Part shown: piece by piece, positions 11,360 to 22,870 of the stretch
Numbering within the stretch: position 1 is the stretch's first letter
Layout: the number at the start of each line of letters is the position of its first letter
DNA from: Rhynchobatus australiae
Taxonomy: Eukaryota
Reading direction: 5' to 3'
Assembly (NCBI GenBank): GCA_034780895.1
Contig: JAUZTB010000068.1
Location: forward strand, 26,823,555 to 26,887,554
DNA: 64,000 nt
Notes under the pieces: model-generated
The model's database searches: none
The model's input: only the letters and a program-made list of their open reading frames with translations
What the model was told of the DNA's origin: nothing
Made by a program: the position numbers and the translations under genes

Positions 11360-11670
11360 AACGCAGTGTCTTCAAAATCGCCTTTTCTTTTTTTAAACTT
11401 GACTTTGTGTCGCAATCTACACAAAAAAGTGTTTACAGGTGTGCCATGGGAGAAGGGACATATTTATGGATTTTTTTCCCCCCATATTTTTAGACCAATT
11501 TTTGGCTGAGATATGACCGTTTTTCATTTTGGCAAAAAAAATGGTGCAGTACCACTTTCGGCCGCTAGGGTCCACCGACCGTTCCCAGCTCATGTGTCCG
11601 ACAGAAGCCTCCTCTGCTCGGACTCACTCTGTCGCAGAACGGCCTCCTGAACTCTGGAGGTCCGAACTAG
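11360..11670 (+). mobile_element. Helitron-like element, 3' end (5' part probably in the gap)
   Basis: GC-rich hairpin ggcctcctga-ac-tctggaggtc (11641-11662), then cgaaCTAG ending at 11670 before a T; CpG-rich relative to the flanks. Confidence 0.6.
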
Positions 11671-13263
11671 TGTTTGTTAGCAAAATTGCTCATGAGTCAC
11701 TGCACTGATTGTTGTAAACACCTTTGGTAGTTCAGATCGCAACCAGACATGTAATATTACATATTCTTGTGAATTATCTCTGAGCCTTATTTCAGGCATT
11801 ATATGGAACAGGCAGCCAGCATTTGCACAAATGTGTTTTAAAGGGTCCAACCATAGTTGGCAATTCAATTTGAAACTCCCGGTCTATTCTACAATAAGTG
11901 AGTCTATAATTTAAAGTTTATGCTCAGAGAAAGAGTAAGTTGCATCTTTGGTAAGATGAAAATGACTAGTGACATATTTTGTTCAATGTGCCATTTTACT
12001 TATGTGTTGTCTGTAATTAGATCACTAACTGGCCAAATTACCAGTCTGGTTTTGATAAGGTTTTATAACTAGTCACCTTTGGAAGAAATAAGAAATATGC
12101 AGTGGTACACGTCGGTTTGGAGATTCAATTTTGGGGTTTGGCGTTCTGGATGGATGATACATGGTCAGCACCATGGGCCAAGGAACTGAAGACAACCCAT
12201 TTCCAACCACTTATGTACAAATTCAAAGACGTTTTTAAAGATTCGTATTCACTAACCAAAAAATCCTGGTGTTGATTTCCTAAAAACATCAGGAATTCAC
12301 TGAATTTCATTGGAAAGGATTTTACAGCATATTAGATAAAAGATATAAAAGTCATTTCTTCATGTCCTGGCCAATAATTTTTTATATGATCTGATGTTTG
12401 AAATTTGCACCCAGGGGCATGGTGATTCATAACTCTTCTTGATCTTAGTTACAATAAGAATTGTTACATCCCTTTCAACAAATATTTTTATACATCACTC
12501 TAGAGATTCATGAAAACAATAATTACCATTGAATACTTCTGGGTGTATGCTCGCAAATTTCTAACATTACATAGTTATAAGCTTCTGTGTAGCAAATGGT
12601 ACCACAGTGCCATAGGGATTCTGACAATCTGAATACATTTTCCCTTTCCAGAAACCATTATTGAAACTATTTTGGCTAACAATGAGAATGTGCAAATTTA
12701 CAATTTAGAAACACATAAAGAGCAACAATTTTGAAAATTGGCTCATACTTTAAATAAACTGTACTTCTAATATGTCATTTGAATCAAAAGTATTGTAGTC
12801 TGGGGTTAAAACCCTTCAGCAGCATTGATTGTGCAACATAGCTACATTGACGCAAATAGTGTTATGGAAAAACACTTACATACTTTTTGTACTTTGCGCT
12901 AGCTTGACATAACAACCATTAGACTAATGTGCTGCCTGAGTATAATTGACAGATTTAATGCATTCAATCTGTAACAAGTCAGGATTTTAAGTGCAGTTCT
13001 GTACTGGAACACCTTTTCTTGAAAGCTTTGCAGTCAAGAACCTGTTTGTACCGAAATTAATAATCCTGATTCATCAGCTTTCTACGTTGGCCACCAAAGC
13101 ATTATTTTCTTTCTTCTTTGTTCTGATTTCATTATTTTAATTTCTTACTTTTTTTACACTGGTTGTGAAATAGGAGCCTGGGCTGTTGCTTGGCAAAGGC
13201 GCTTGAAGTACATTGGAATGGTGGTGCAGTGTTGGGAAAGTGTCACGCATGAGTGAAGCCATT

Positions 13264-13565
13264 GGGTGGCACAGTGGCACAACAGGTAGTGCTGCTACCT
13301 CATAGCGCCATGAACTCAGGTTTCTTCCTGACCTCCAGGTGATATCTCTGTGGCGATATATGCTATCCCCGGGGACTGTGCTCCCCGGTTTCTTCCCACA
13401 TCCCCAAAACGTGTTGGTAATTTAATTGGTTACCGTAAATCACCTTTTCTGCAGGTGGGTGATCGGAGAATCTGCATGGGCATCAGATGGAAGATAAGTT
13501 GGGAAAAAGGATTGCTCAGAGAACTGGAATCAATGGGCTGAAGCCCTCATTCTATCTTGTAAGGA
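13264..13565 (+). mobile_element. HE1-like V-SINE (diverged)
   Basis: gggtggcacagtggcacaacagg head; ccggtttcttcccacatcccc V-domain. Confidence 0.85.
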
Positions 13566-14522
13566 AATATCAGAAATAGCATAAGCACAATTTATCTGAA
13601 CTGAATGTCTATAGAAAAATCCCATACAACTGGTGGCAAAACGTAATGCAAAACAATTAAGTCCACACACAAGGTCCCAGCTACCTGTGGAGCCTGTTGT
13701 GAAGGACAGAGGCAGAGCAACCAGGTACCTTTCTCTTTTGGTCTTCCATCAGAGACCGCAGCAATCAAAAAGAAAGAGTGACATTTAAAGGTCATGGTTA
13801 CCCGCTTGGTGATTACTCACTCAGAAGCTTCTCCACAATTTATAAGTGCTTTNNNNNNNNNNNNNNNNNNNNNNNNNNNNNNNNNNNNNNNNNNNNNNNN
13901 NNNNNNNNNNNNNNNNNNNNNNNNNNNNNNNNNNNNNNNNNNNNNNNNNNNNAAAAAGTCGATCTCTTTTTGGACATTAAATTTGCCCCTTTAATTCATT
14001 CTGCAACAGATTTCCTGTGTGACTGTTTTTATATTGCACTCCTTCCATGTCATCAGTTGAGAAGAAACCAGTTTTGTTACTCAGTTTTGTTATCTAGTTA
14101 GCTGTCTCAGATACCCTACTTCTTTCACTGTGCCTCAATCAGCTTGCACTCAGATCAGCTTACAAGGAGGAACTCAGCTGAAGGGTACAGTTAGATTGCT
14201 TGCTCAAATTCAGAGTCTTGAACATTGTTGGACATTAAATGTATTATGAAATGAATTGAACAGATTTTCTTTTCAATTCATTAAGAGAATCTCAACCAAG
14301 ATGTTTGACTATGAACAATGGAATATAATCAACAACGCATAGAACCTTTTATTGATAAGTGCTTTGAGAATGGTTGCACAGCAAATGGTGCGAAGGAAAC
14401 AAGGATGGGCAGGAAAAGATATGCAAACATGATTTGACGCAGAACATTTAATTCAATAGCCATTCTCAGAATAGTTGTTGGTGGCAATTACAAACAGAAG
14501 CAAATTAAGTCCGAGGCTGACT

Positions 14523-14548
14523 GAGAGACTGGAGAGAGAGAGAGAGAG
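14523..14548. repeat. (GA)n microsatellite
   Basis: Visible directly in the sequence. Confidence 0.9.
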
Positions 14549-14884
14549 TAAAGCAGATCAATAGCTTACACTCTGAGGACCAACGTAGCTTGTATTACCA
14601 TGGAGATGGGTTTCAAAATCACACCGCTTGTTCTGTGGGTTCAGCCCATGTCATACAGATGAGACTTTGCTAAGCAACTCACATTGATGGTAAGCATCAA
14701 TAGTAATCATCTCCAAGGTGGGTAATTAGGCCATTGTGTCTGTCCAAGCTCCAAATTAAAACTCCCCATACAACTGTTTTGTTTTCTCCACCAATGTTCA
14801 TTTTAAGTAAAACACTTCAGTAGCCTTGGAAATACATTCCAGGTTCGGATAATTCCTAATGCAAAAAAACCTCTTTTCTCAGAA

Positions 14885-15630
14885 CCTTAGAAACAGGAGC
14901 AGGTGTAGGCCAATCTGCTCCGCCATTCCGCGAGAACTCACCTTGTCCTCAATATTTCTCCCCCTGCCTCTTTCTCCCTCATACTTGGTGTCTGTCAAAG
15001 TCTGCCTTGAATATGTTTAACGTCTCCACTTCCCACACCTCACTGGAATACAGAGATTCATGATNNNNNNNNNNNNNNNNNNNNNNNNNNNNNNNNNNNN
15101 NNNNNNNNNNNNNNNNNNNNNNNNNNNNNNNNNNNNNNNNNNNNNNNNNNNNNNNNNNNNNNNNAGAGAATGCTAGATGTTAGTAAGCGAAAAATAGATA
15201 TAATAGGAATAATAGGTTCTTCTATTATTCTTGTTATCCTATCTTGACTAACGTTGTGATTGTATAAATAAAATAGGGAATCGTGTCTGAAAGCAGCCTC
15301 CGACCAGCGGAATTTGATTACAGAGTTGACTAGTTAAAATATAAGTATAGTGCTGTTGATCTTCCACTATGGAATTCGTGATCAGAGGTAGACGTGGTCC
15401 ACTCTAAAACAACGTCGCTATCTCGGCGAGGTGAGAATAGTCTCATTCGCAGAGTAACCAGTTGTGCAGGTGTTTAAATGAGGTTAGGTTAGCATGCATA
15501 GTGGAAGCGGTACAATGATCAAACTTGTCAAAGTGACGGCCTCACTGGAATACAGAGATTCATGATGCTCTGAGAGAAAATAAATCCTGCTAATCCCCAT
15601 GTCAAATAGGTGATCCTATATTCTGAAACT
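14885..15630 (-). mobile_element. Old CR1 3' fragment, split by a gap and a CpG-rich insert
   Basis: agaaacaggagcaggtgtaggcc tail end; continues gagaaaataaatcctgctaatcccc after 15566. Confidence 0.65.
15165..15539. other. Unidentified CpG-rich insertion end next to an N gap
   Basis: Lies between two copies of cctcactggaatacagagattcatgat (15038-15064, 15540-15566). Confidence 0.6.
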
Positions 15631-15662
15631 GGTATATCTCCACCTACAAAGGATGTGGAGGC

Positions 15663-18240
15663 TGAGTTTCATCCTATAGGAAGTTTACTTATTTGCTTCA
15701 AGAATTCACATGTCTGCAACAAAGCCCTTACAGCAAGCAAGCAAAATAACATTCGCCAATGATCAAAGCAGGGACACCTGGTAAACCCCCAAGAGCACCA
15801 TAATCCTTGCTGGCTTGGGGGGAATCTATACACATTGAACTAAACATATATTATTACCTAAGTTCTAGATCCCCGCACATCCCCCCCACACACACACAAA
15901 GATACTTAATAATTATTTAATAAAATCTTTTAAATCTTTCAAATGGACTGGAGATCTCTCTCTGGAAGATGCCTGACCTCCACTTGGGGCAATACCAATC
16001 ATAGGATGTCATCTGTTTGATATGCACTGTACTCACAGGCAGAGTGTCCAGATGATTCATCATCAACATTTGGCCCTCTATCCCTTCATCCTCAGTGGTC
16101 TCTGGCACCAGAAGACAAATGAGAGCATTGGTGTTTCCACTGTTTGGCCTGGCTTTGAAAATATAGAGTAATCATTTGCTCTCAGGGTCAAAGCCCATCT
16201 TTAAACTCTTGGAGAAATCATTTGAGGCACTGGCCTAGTTTTACGGAACAGGGAGATCAGGGGCTTGTGATCTGTGTAAATGTACTTCTGGAATTGTTGC
16301 ATTCCAAGCATGATGGCTAAACTTTTCCTCTACTGTTGTCAGTGTTCTGCACATAAATTCTATCAGCTTTACAGAACCATCTTCTATCCAATGGGACAAA
16401 TGCGATCATTTGGTGATGCATCGCAAGATAAGATTTACTCTCTATCTGCACCAGCACATTAATAGACAAGCAATTCTTTGGAATTCACACAAGGCTTTTC
16501 CTGAGCTTCTCTTCACCTCTACTTCACATCTTTTCAGAGCAATTGACGCAATGGAGTAAGGTATAGCTAGATTTGGCAAGAATAATAATTCAACAATCCC
16601 AGATATGCTGTAACCTCAGTTACATTAGCTGGGGCAGGAGCATTGGTTATGGCTTTTACCTTCTATTTTGGATGTAGTTTTCTAGTGTTCACGCATGGTA
16701 CCAAGTACTGGGCTTCATACACCAAGAAACTACACTAACTTCTCTTTCCAACTTGTTTCTGCAGATGCCCATCTCTTGAAGTTCTTGTAACCAGGATATC
16801 ATCCAAATATACATTGGATGCCAGAAATACCCTCCCTGACAATGTAGCTGGTGCAGACAAAACTCTGAAGGGGTAGTCAATTATATGTGGACAACCTTTT
16901 GTGTGCATTAATAGTTGAAAACTTCTGAGACTGATCCTCTAAAACTATTTGTTGATGTAATGATTCGTATCCAACTTAGTGAACTCCAGACAAAACTACA
17001 AATGTCTTCAATGCTAGAAATGGGATAGGATTCCAGGAATGAGACTTCATTAACAATCAGCTTGTAGTCTCCACAAATCGTGATGGATCCATTATGTTTT
17101 AATCCTGCTGCCCATTGAGAGGACCCAACAAGTTCAATTGTTTTCTCCCTGTCAATTTCTACTTCCAGTTCTGTTTCATTGCACAAGACACTAACTTTTG
17201 ACTTGAAGAAATGTGGTGAAGTCAGTATCAACGTGAATTTCGACTTGGTTTCCTGTCAATGTACCCAACTCATTTTTGGAAATCTGTTCATGTCCCCCTA
17301 ATACCTCACCATCTAAGCATGATGTATATCCCTCCAGTCCAGGGGAATGTCGGTCAGCCTGTCTCTTCTTAATAGATTTAGTCGAGACCTTGCAACAAGG
17401 GCTAGTGGTATTTCATTGTTACTCCAACTCATTCAACTCCAACTACTTTCAAGCTTTCATCTATATATAGATTTTCAGATTTAGCATTGCTTTTTAAAGT
17501 TCATTTGTAGTGTTTTCTGACCACCCAACTGCATATTCAGTCTGGTTCATCTGTTTAACGCAACACCCAGTGTCAAGCTCAAATATCGTGCCTTTGTCAT
17601 TCACTTTGATGTGGGCCATCAATGGTTCAATGATTGCTGATTCTGCTCCATTTTTCGTTAAACATTGTGAACACTTCCTCTATTTCACAGTCTTCACTTG
17701 CTTCCATAATGTGGTGAGAGTGGAGGAATTTTTGGGAATTTGGGACATCTTCCTTTAATTCCATACTTTAGTTTGTCCTAATCTAACCTTTTTTCCTGCA
17801 AGCTCTCGTGATGTGACCTTTTAAACCACAAATGTGACCCTTTTCTTGTCTGAATCAGCATTCAGATGGCATATGTTTTGTTCCACAGCAGCAGCAGCCT
17901 TTATTGACCTTTTTAAGATGATATTTGGTTTACTTCAGAGAAGTGAGTTTGCACTTTGTCCACAGTGGATGCCGTTACATTGAACTGGCCTCCTCACAGA
18001 TCCTGTATGTTTTTACTTGACAGTTTCACCGCTTGGGCAATTTTCAGTAGATTCCCACAGGTCAGATTCACCTCTTGACAATAACTGTTTCTGAGTACAG
18101 TCACATTAATTCTGCCCCTTAGCACCTGAGAATGTGTATTGCCCTAATTACAGTCTTCGCTGATCAGTTACCAAACAAACTTTTGCAATGATCTCACTTG
18201 GCTTTGGGTTAAAGATGCTCATGTTTATAACAATAGAACA
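15663..18240 (-). mobile_element. Decayed Ty3/Gypsy LTR retrotransposon (gag-pro-RT-RNase H, integrase apparently deleted) with putative 3' LTR 15663-15879
   Basis: RT motifs SSQWAA...GSITICGDYKLIVN...YPISSIED and VYLDDILVT (~16785-16813); RNase H LSCDAS and IYTDHKPLISLF; polypurine tract GGGGGGGA then TG at 15879 on the minus strand. Confidence 0.85.
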
Positions 18241-18274
18241 AATATTGGTAGATCAAATATGTTGGTGGAATGTA

Positions 18275-18461
18275 GTATGAATGGTAGGACTCTTGGCAGT
18301 GTGGAGGATCAGTGGGATCTTGGGGTCCGAGTCCATAGGACTCTCAAAAGCAGCTGCACAGGTTGACTCTGTGGTTAAGAAGGAATATGGTGTATTGTCC
18401 TTCATCAATCGGGGAATTGAATTTAGGAGCCGAGAGGTATTGTTGCAGCTGTATAGGTCCC
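18275..18461 (+). mobile_element. CR1 RT fragment
   Basis: KAAAQVDSVVKKEYGVLSFINRGIEFRSREVLLQLYRS. Confidence 0.92.
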
Positions 18462-18769
18462 NNNNNNNNNNNNNNNNNNNNNNNNNNNNNNNNNNNNNNN
18501 NNNNNNNNNNNNNNNNNNNNNNNNNNNNNNNNNNNNNNNNNNNNNNNNNNNNNNNNNNNNNTTGTTCCTTGAAATTGCAAAATTCAAAATTATTAGATAT
18601 CTTTTGTTTCATTTATTCTTGTAACTGCATTCCCAGGAAGGTCAGTGGATATTACCCATCCCTAACTGGCCATTATAAAGTGGTGGGTCTCAAAGGGCAG
18701 CAGATCACTGTCAAAAGAACTCCCACAGTTACTGGCATGTAGGGAATGTCAGGATTTTGTTATCCAAGT

Positions 18770-19215
18770 GAGGACAGGGTGCAGGGTGGACAGGATCTTG
18801 GAGGTAGTTGTCTCCCCAAGTGTCTGCTGCCATTATCCTGTCAGGTGTTCAATATTATGAGTCTGGCTGGTGCAGTCAAAGAAGTCCTGTATCTTTTGTC
18901 TTACAGGTGGTACAGCTGGAACTACAATGTGCCAGTGATAGGATGGGTAGAGTGGAAGGGGATGTTTGAATTAGAGGAAAAGATATCAATGAAGAGGATT
19001 TCTTTGTCATGGATAATGTCAGACTCCTTGAGTTTATTGGAGCCCTGCCCTTCCAGGCAAATGGAGACATTCTTATCACACTCCTGACTTCTCCTTTGTA
19101 GTTGGGTGGAAAAGCTTTGGGGAATTGGTGGTAAATCATTCAATGGAGAATGCTGAGCCTCTGATCTAATCATGAATGTGCATATGGTTAGTCCAGTTAA
19201 GTTTCCAGTCAATAA
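18770..19215 (-). mobile_element. Old LINE RT C-terminal relic (CR1/L2-group family distinct from the common CR1)
   Basis: YKGEVRSVIRMSPFAW and KLKESDIIHDK resemble YKAQVRSVMEYSPLAW...KKLDTIQDK. Confidence 0.7.
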
Positions 19216-20417
19216 CTATTGTGACTTTATTACGAATGAAACATACAGAGAATGGAGCTGTAGCTGTAGTAGCTCATTGTTCTGCACAAGCAGATATTCA
19301 GGAGGAGACCTGATGGAAGAACCTCTTGATAGAATCTCTCAGAAGAATCTCTTTCAACTCAAAGTACATCAAGGTTTTATAGTCTCTAATGCAAAGAAAA
19401 CAGCAGGTGATTAGATATGATTTCAATGGTTTACCTCAATAATTTTGGGTATAGACAAGTAGTTCTGCAAAATTGCATACTTACAATGGGAGCACCTCTC
19501 AACTGACAAGACCAACTCTGAATAGTTGAACACCTTTTGTTGAGAATCCAGACACTTGAAACAGAGTTCTTTTGCCACTGTATTGAGGGATGGCATTAGG
19601 TACACAACCACCCCAATGATTGAAAGAACAAATATATCTTTGACCATGTGTTAAGTGACGTGATAGCCAGTCTGGACTCCATCCCTGATCTCATCCTGCA
19701 GGTTTCAATGTAGTTCAATTACCATGGACATTTATCACTGTGTAATTTACAATGGAGCAAAACTCAGGATGTCCTGCACCTAATGGCTAGGGTATGCAAC
19801 TTGTGTCATCTTTAGTTACATGACTTATGCCAGAGAAACCTCCGACATGAATGTTAAATGAAAATGCCCAGAGCAAATTTCCAATGGGTATACTATCACC
19901 CACAAATGATCACTATAGTGATTTAATCTAGTTTTTATCATTCATTATAGATGACTCATACATGATGCTAATGATCCAATTTCTTGACTATAATTTGGAT
20001 ATTGTTAATACCCCACATTCACACATTTTCCTGACAATTAAGAATGCTTTATTATGATCCTCTGCCATAGTTTGGTCATGAATTCTATTTGCTCAGTTTT
20101 CAGAGAAAATATTTTAATAGATTCTGTTTTGTTGTGTAAATAGACACTGTTTGCTGTTTGCTCGATTAATTGATTTTTCTATAAATTCTGCTAGAATTTC
20201 TACCTCCACTCTTGTCTGATAAAATGCAATTCATTGGGTGGCACAATTGTGTTAATATTCTGTTAATTAAAGGGATTATTTTCGCTAGATGTTACATGCC
20301 TTATTCCTAATTAACATCTATAAAACTGCATGAATCTACATAAATGCAGCAGCTCCACTCAAAAACAAACGTCTCACAAATCTGTTAACATATTTGTGCA
20401 GAAGCTAATGTGTGAAT

Positions 20418-20430
20418 GTTGCCTAGCAAC
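20418..20430. promoter_or_regulatory. RFX X-box GTTGCCTAGCAAC
   Basis: Matches the RFX consensus; function untested. Confidence 0.4.
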
Positions 20431-20599
20431 ACCGCATATAATTTAGAAAATTTAATGACTTGTTGCTTTACAGATGCTTCACATAGGAAAAGATTTGGGA
20501 GAATAAAAGGCGAGCATAAGGCTGAACAGAATGGGAAACTAGTATAGATTTTGGAGACTGGAATTTCATACCTCTGAGTTTGTTCCTACCTGTTTGCTG

Positions 20600-20680
20600 C
20601 CCATTTTACCTTGTGCCCACCTGAGAGGGCAAACAGGGCCTCAAATTTATGTCTAACTCAACAATTCTCCAGCAGTTGTC
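20600..20680 (-). mobile_element. DeuSINE fragment
   Basis: ccacctgagagggcaaacagggcctc matches the reverse complement of the Deu domain as recalled. Confidence 0.55.
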
Positions 20681-20914
20681 TCAGGTTCTCATTTGTGCTC
20701 GATTCCCATAAACATCATCAAGGAAACAATAAACCCATTCACACCACTTAAGAAATTGTAATGTGCGAATAGTGGGTTCAGCACAAGGGCTGTAGACCAC
20801 CAGAAGGGACTCAAACATTGATCTACAGCTGCAATACTTCAAGAACTAAGTGTAAAGAATGGTAAAAGTATAATATTACATAATAGTACATAATATAATG
20901 AGGATACGATAGGG

Positions 20915-21062
20915 TCCTTCAAGAGACTGCTAGAGAGGTACATGGAGCTGAGTAAAATAGAGGGCTATGGGTAGGTCTAGTAATTTCTAGGTTAGGGACA
21001 TGTTCGGCACAGCTTTGTGGGCCGAAGGGCCTGAATTGTGCTGTAGTTTTTCGATGTTCTAA
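20915..21062 (+). mobile_element. CR1 3' tail
   Basis: gttcggcacagctttgtgggccgaagggcctgaattgtgctgtagtttttcgatgttcta. Confidence 0.85.
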
Positions 21063-21619
21063 ATCCATCAGTTCCTTAATATTTTTTAAATTATCATCAG
21101 AATTTTCCAGGCTCCACTTCTTTCCCATTAACCTCTGTGTAGGAGTTCCCACCACATTAATTAAGAGAGATCCCTGCTTATTTTCATTAACAATGTTGTT
21201 TGCACATGACGTTGCAATATTCCTCCCATGTCTAGGTTTGAGAGTCAATGCTGCTATTTGTTGTTGCAACCATTTCCCCACCACCCTTCTTTTAAAGCAT
21301 AGTTTTTCCTTCTTGCCCCTGTATTTTTTTCTGAAGAGGAGTTTCTCTGCTACCTAACTTCTGCAACCAGTTTCTTTGTCACCAATGTGTTATTTCTTGA
21401 GATTTAAAAAGAGTAGGAGGGTGAGTTATGTCCTTTATATAGTTTATTTTCTTCAAGCCTGACACAAACACAGTCCTTACAAAATGAAACAAAATGGTGC
21501 CTACCAAAGACTAAACAGTGGCACAAGATAATCCCACATAGCATCTTGACCCCTGGCTTGGAGAACAAATAGCAACTTTACACATTCAATTACATAAATT
21601 ACATCCATTACTATACTAA

Positions 21620-22870
21620 GCTTTCTAGTTCTAGATATCCCATGATGGAAATATTGTCTCAGCATCCACTGTGTCAATCCCCTTCGGAATCTCATAAGTT
21701 TCAGTAAGATCACCTCTCAATCTTCTGTTTGTGAACGATATTGGCCTAACCTGCTCAACCTTTCTTAATATATTAACCCCTTCAACTTAGGAATCATCCC
21801 AGTAACCTTTTCTGCTTGGTTTCAATAGAAGTGTATCCTTCCTTACCTATGGAGACCAAACTACACAGTACAGGGGCAATCTCACCAATACCTTGTAGAG
21901 TTGCATGAAAACTTCCACACGCCCATGGCCCTTGCAGTAAAGACCAACACTCATTTGGCTTTTCTAATTACCAGCTGCACACTATAATTTTGTATTTCAT
22001 GCACTGGAACCCCCAGATCACTTTGTATTGCCACATTTTGTGGTCTCATTTTGTTTAAATAATAATTTTGCTTTCATCTTTCTTCTTTCCAGAGCGAATA
22101 ACCTCACATTTTCCCACATTATACTGCATCTGCCAGTTTCTTGCCACTCACTCAACCTATCTATATCCCTTTACAAGCTCTTTCTGTCCATGTCATTATC
22201 TACTAACCCAGTTATCATTTCATGATAAGCAAATCTATCTACACTACACTAAGTATTTTCATCCAAGTCATTACTATAGTTGACCCCTGTGTTGAGCTTG
22301 TGGAACCTCACTAGTTCCTGATTGCCAACCTGAAAATGACCAATGCATCCCAAGTCTCTGTTCTCTATTTATTAGCCACTCTCCAATCCATGCCAATATA
22401 ATATTACCCCCAACTCTGTGTTATGTGCCCTCTATTGAATGTCTAGTGGAAATCCAAATTCACTACATTTACTGGTTCCCCTTTGTCCACCCTACTTATT
22501 ACATCCTCAGAACACTCAGAGTAATTTGTCAAGCACTATTTTCCATTCATAAAAAATTGTTGACCTTTGTTCATTTTCTTATGATTTTCTAAATGTGCTG
22601 CTATTACCTCCTTAATAGTGGATTCAAGCATTTTCACAATGATAGGTGTCAGACTAAGTGGCCAATAGTTTCCTGCTTCCTTTCTTGATGAGTGGCATTG
22701 TATTTGCAGTTTTCCTTTCCCCACAGCCTCTCCAGAATCCAGTAGATGTTGGTAGATTACAATCAATACACCTACGTAGCCACCTCCTTTAAGATCTTGG
22801 ATCTGATGCAGGCCATCTGATCCAGGAGACTTGTCAATTTTAGTCCCATTAGATTGCCTCGCACTTTTTT
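21620..22870 (-). mobile_element. Long decayed CR1 RT fragment
   Basis: GNYWPLSLTPIIVKMLESTIKEVIAAHLE (ORF 22536-22766) and downstream CR1-like motifs. Confidence 0.88.

Noticed and set aside
14599-14695. ATG followed by donor-like gatg|gtaagc as a first coding exon
   Set aside because: Stops occur in all three frames before the donor
15410-15460. HDV-like ribozyme on the minus strand (ctc-acctcgcc-gag resembles P3/L3)
   Set aside because: I could not assemble P1, P1.1, P2 and J4/2 consistently
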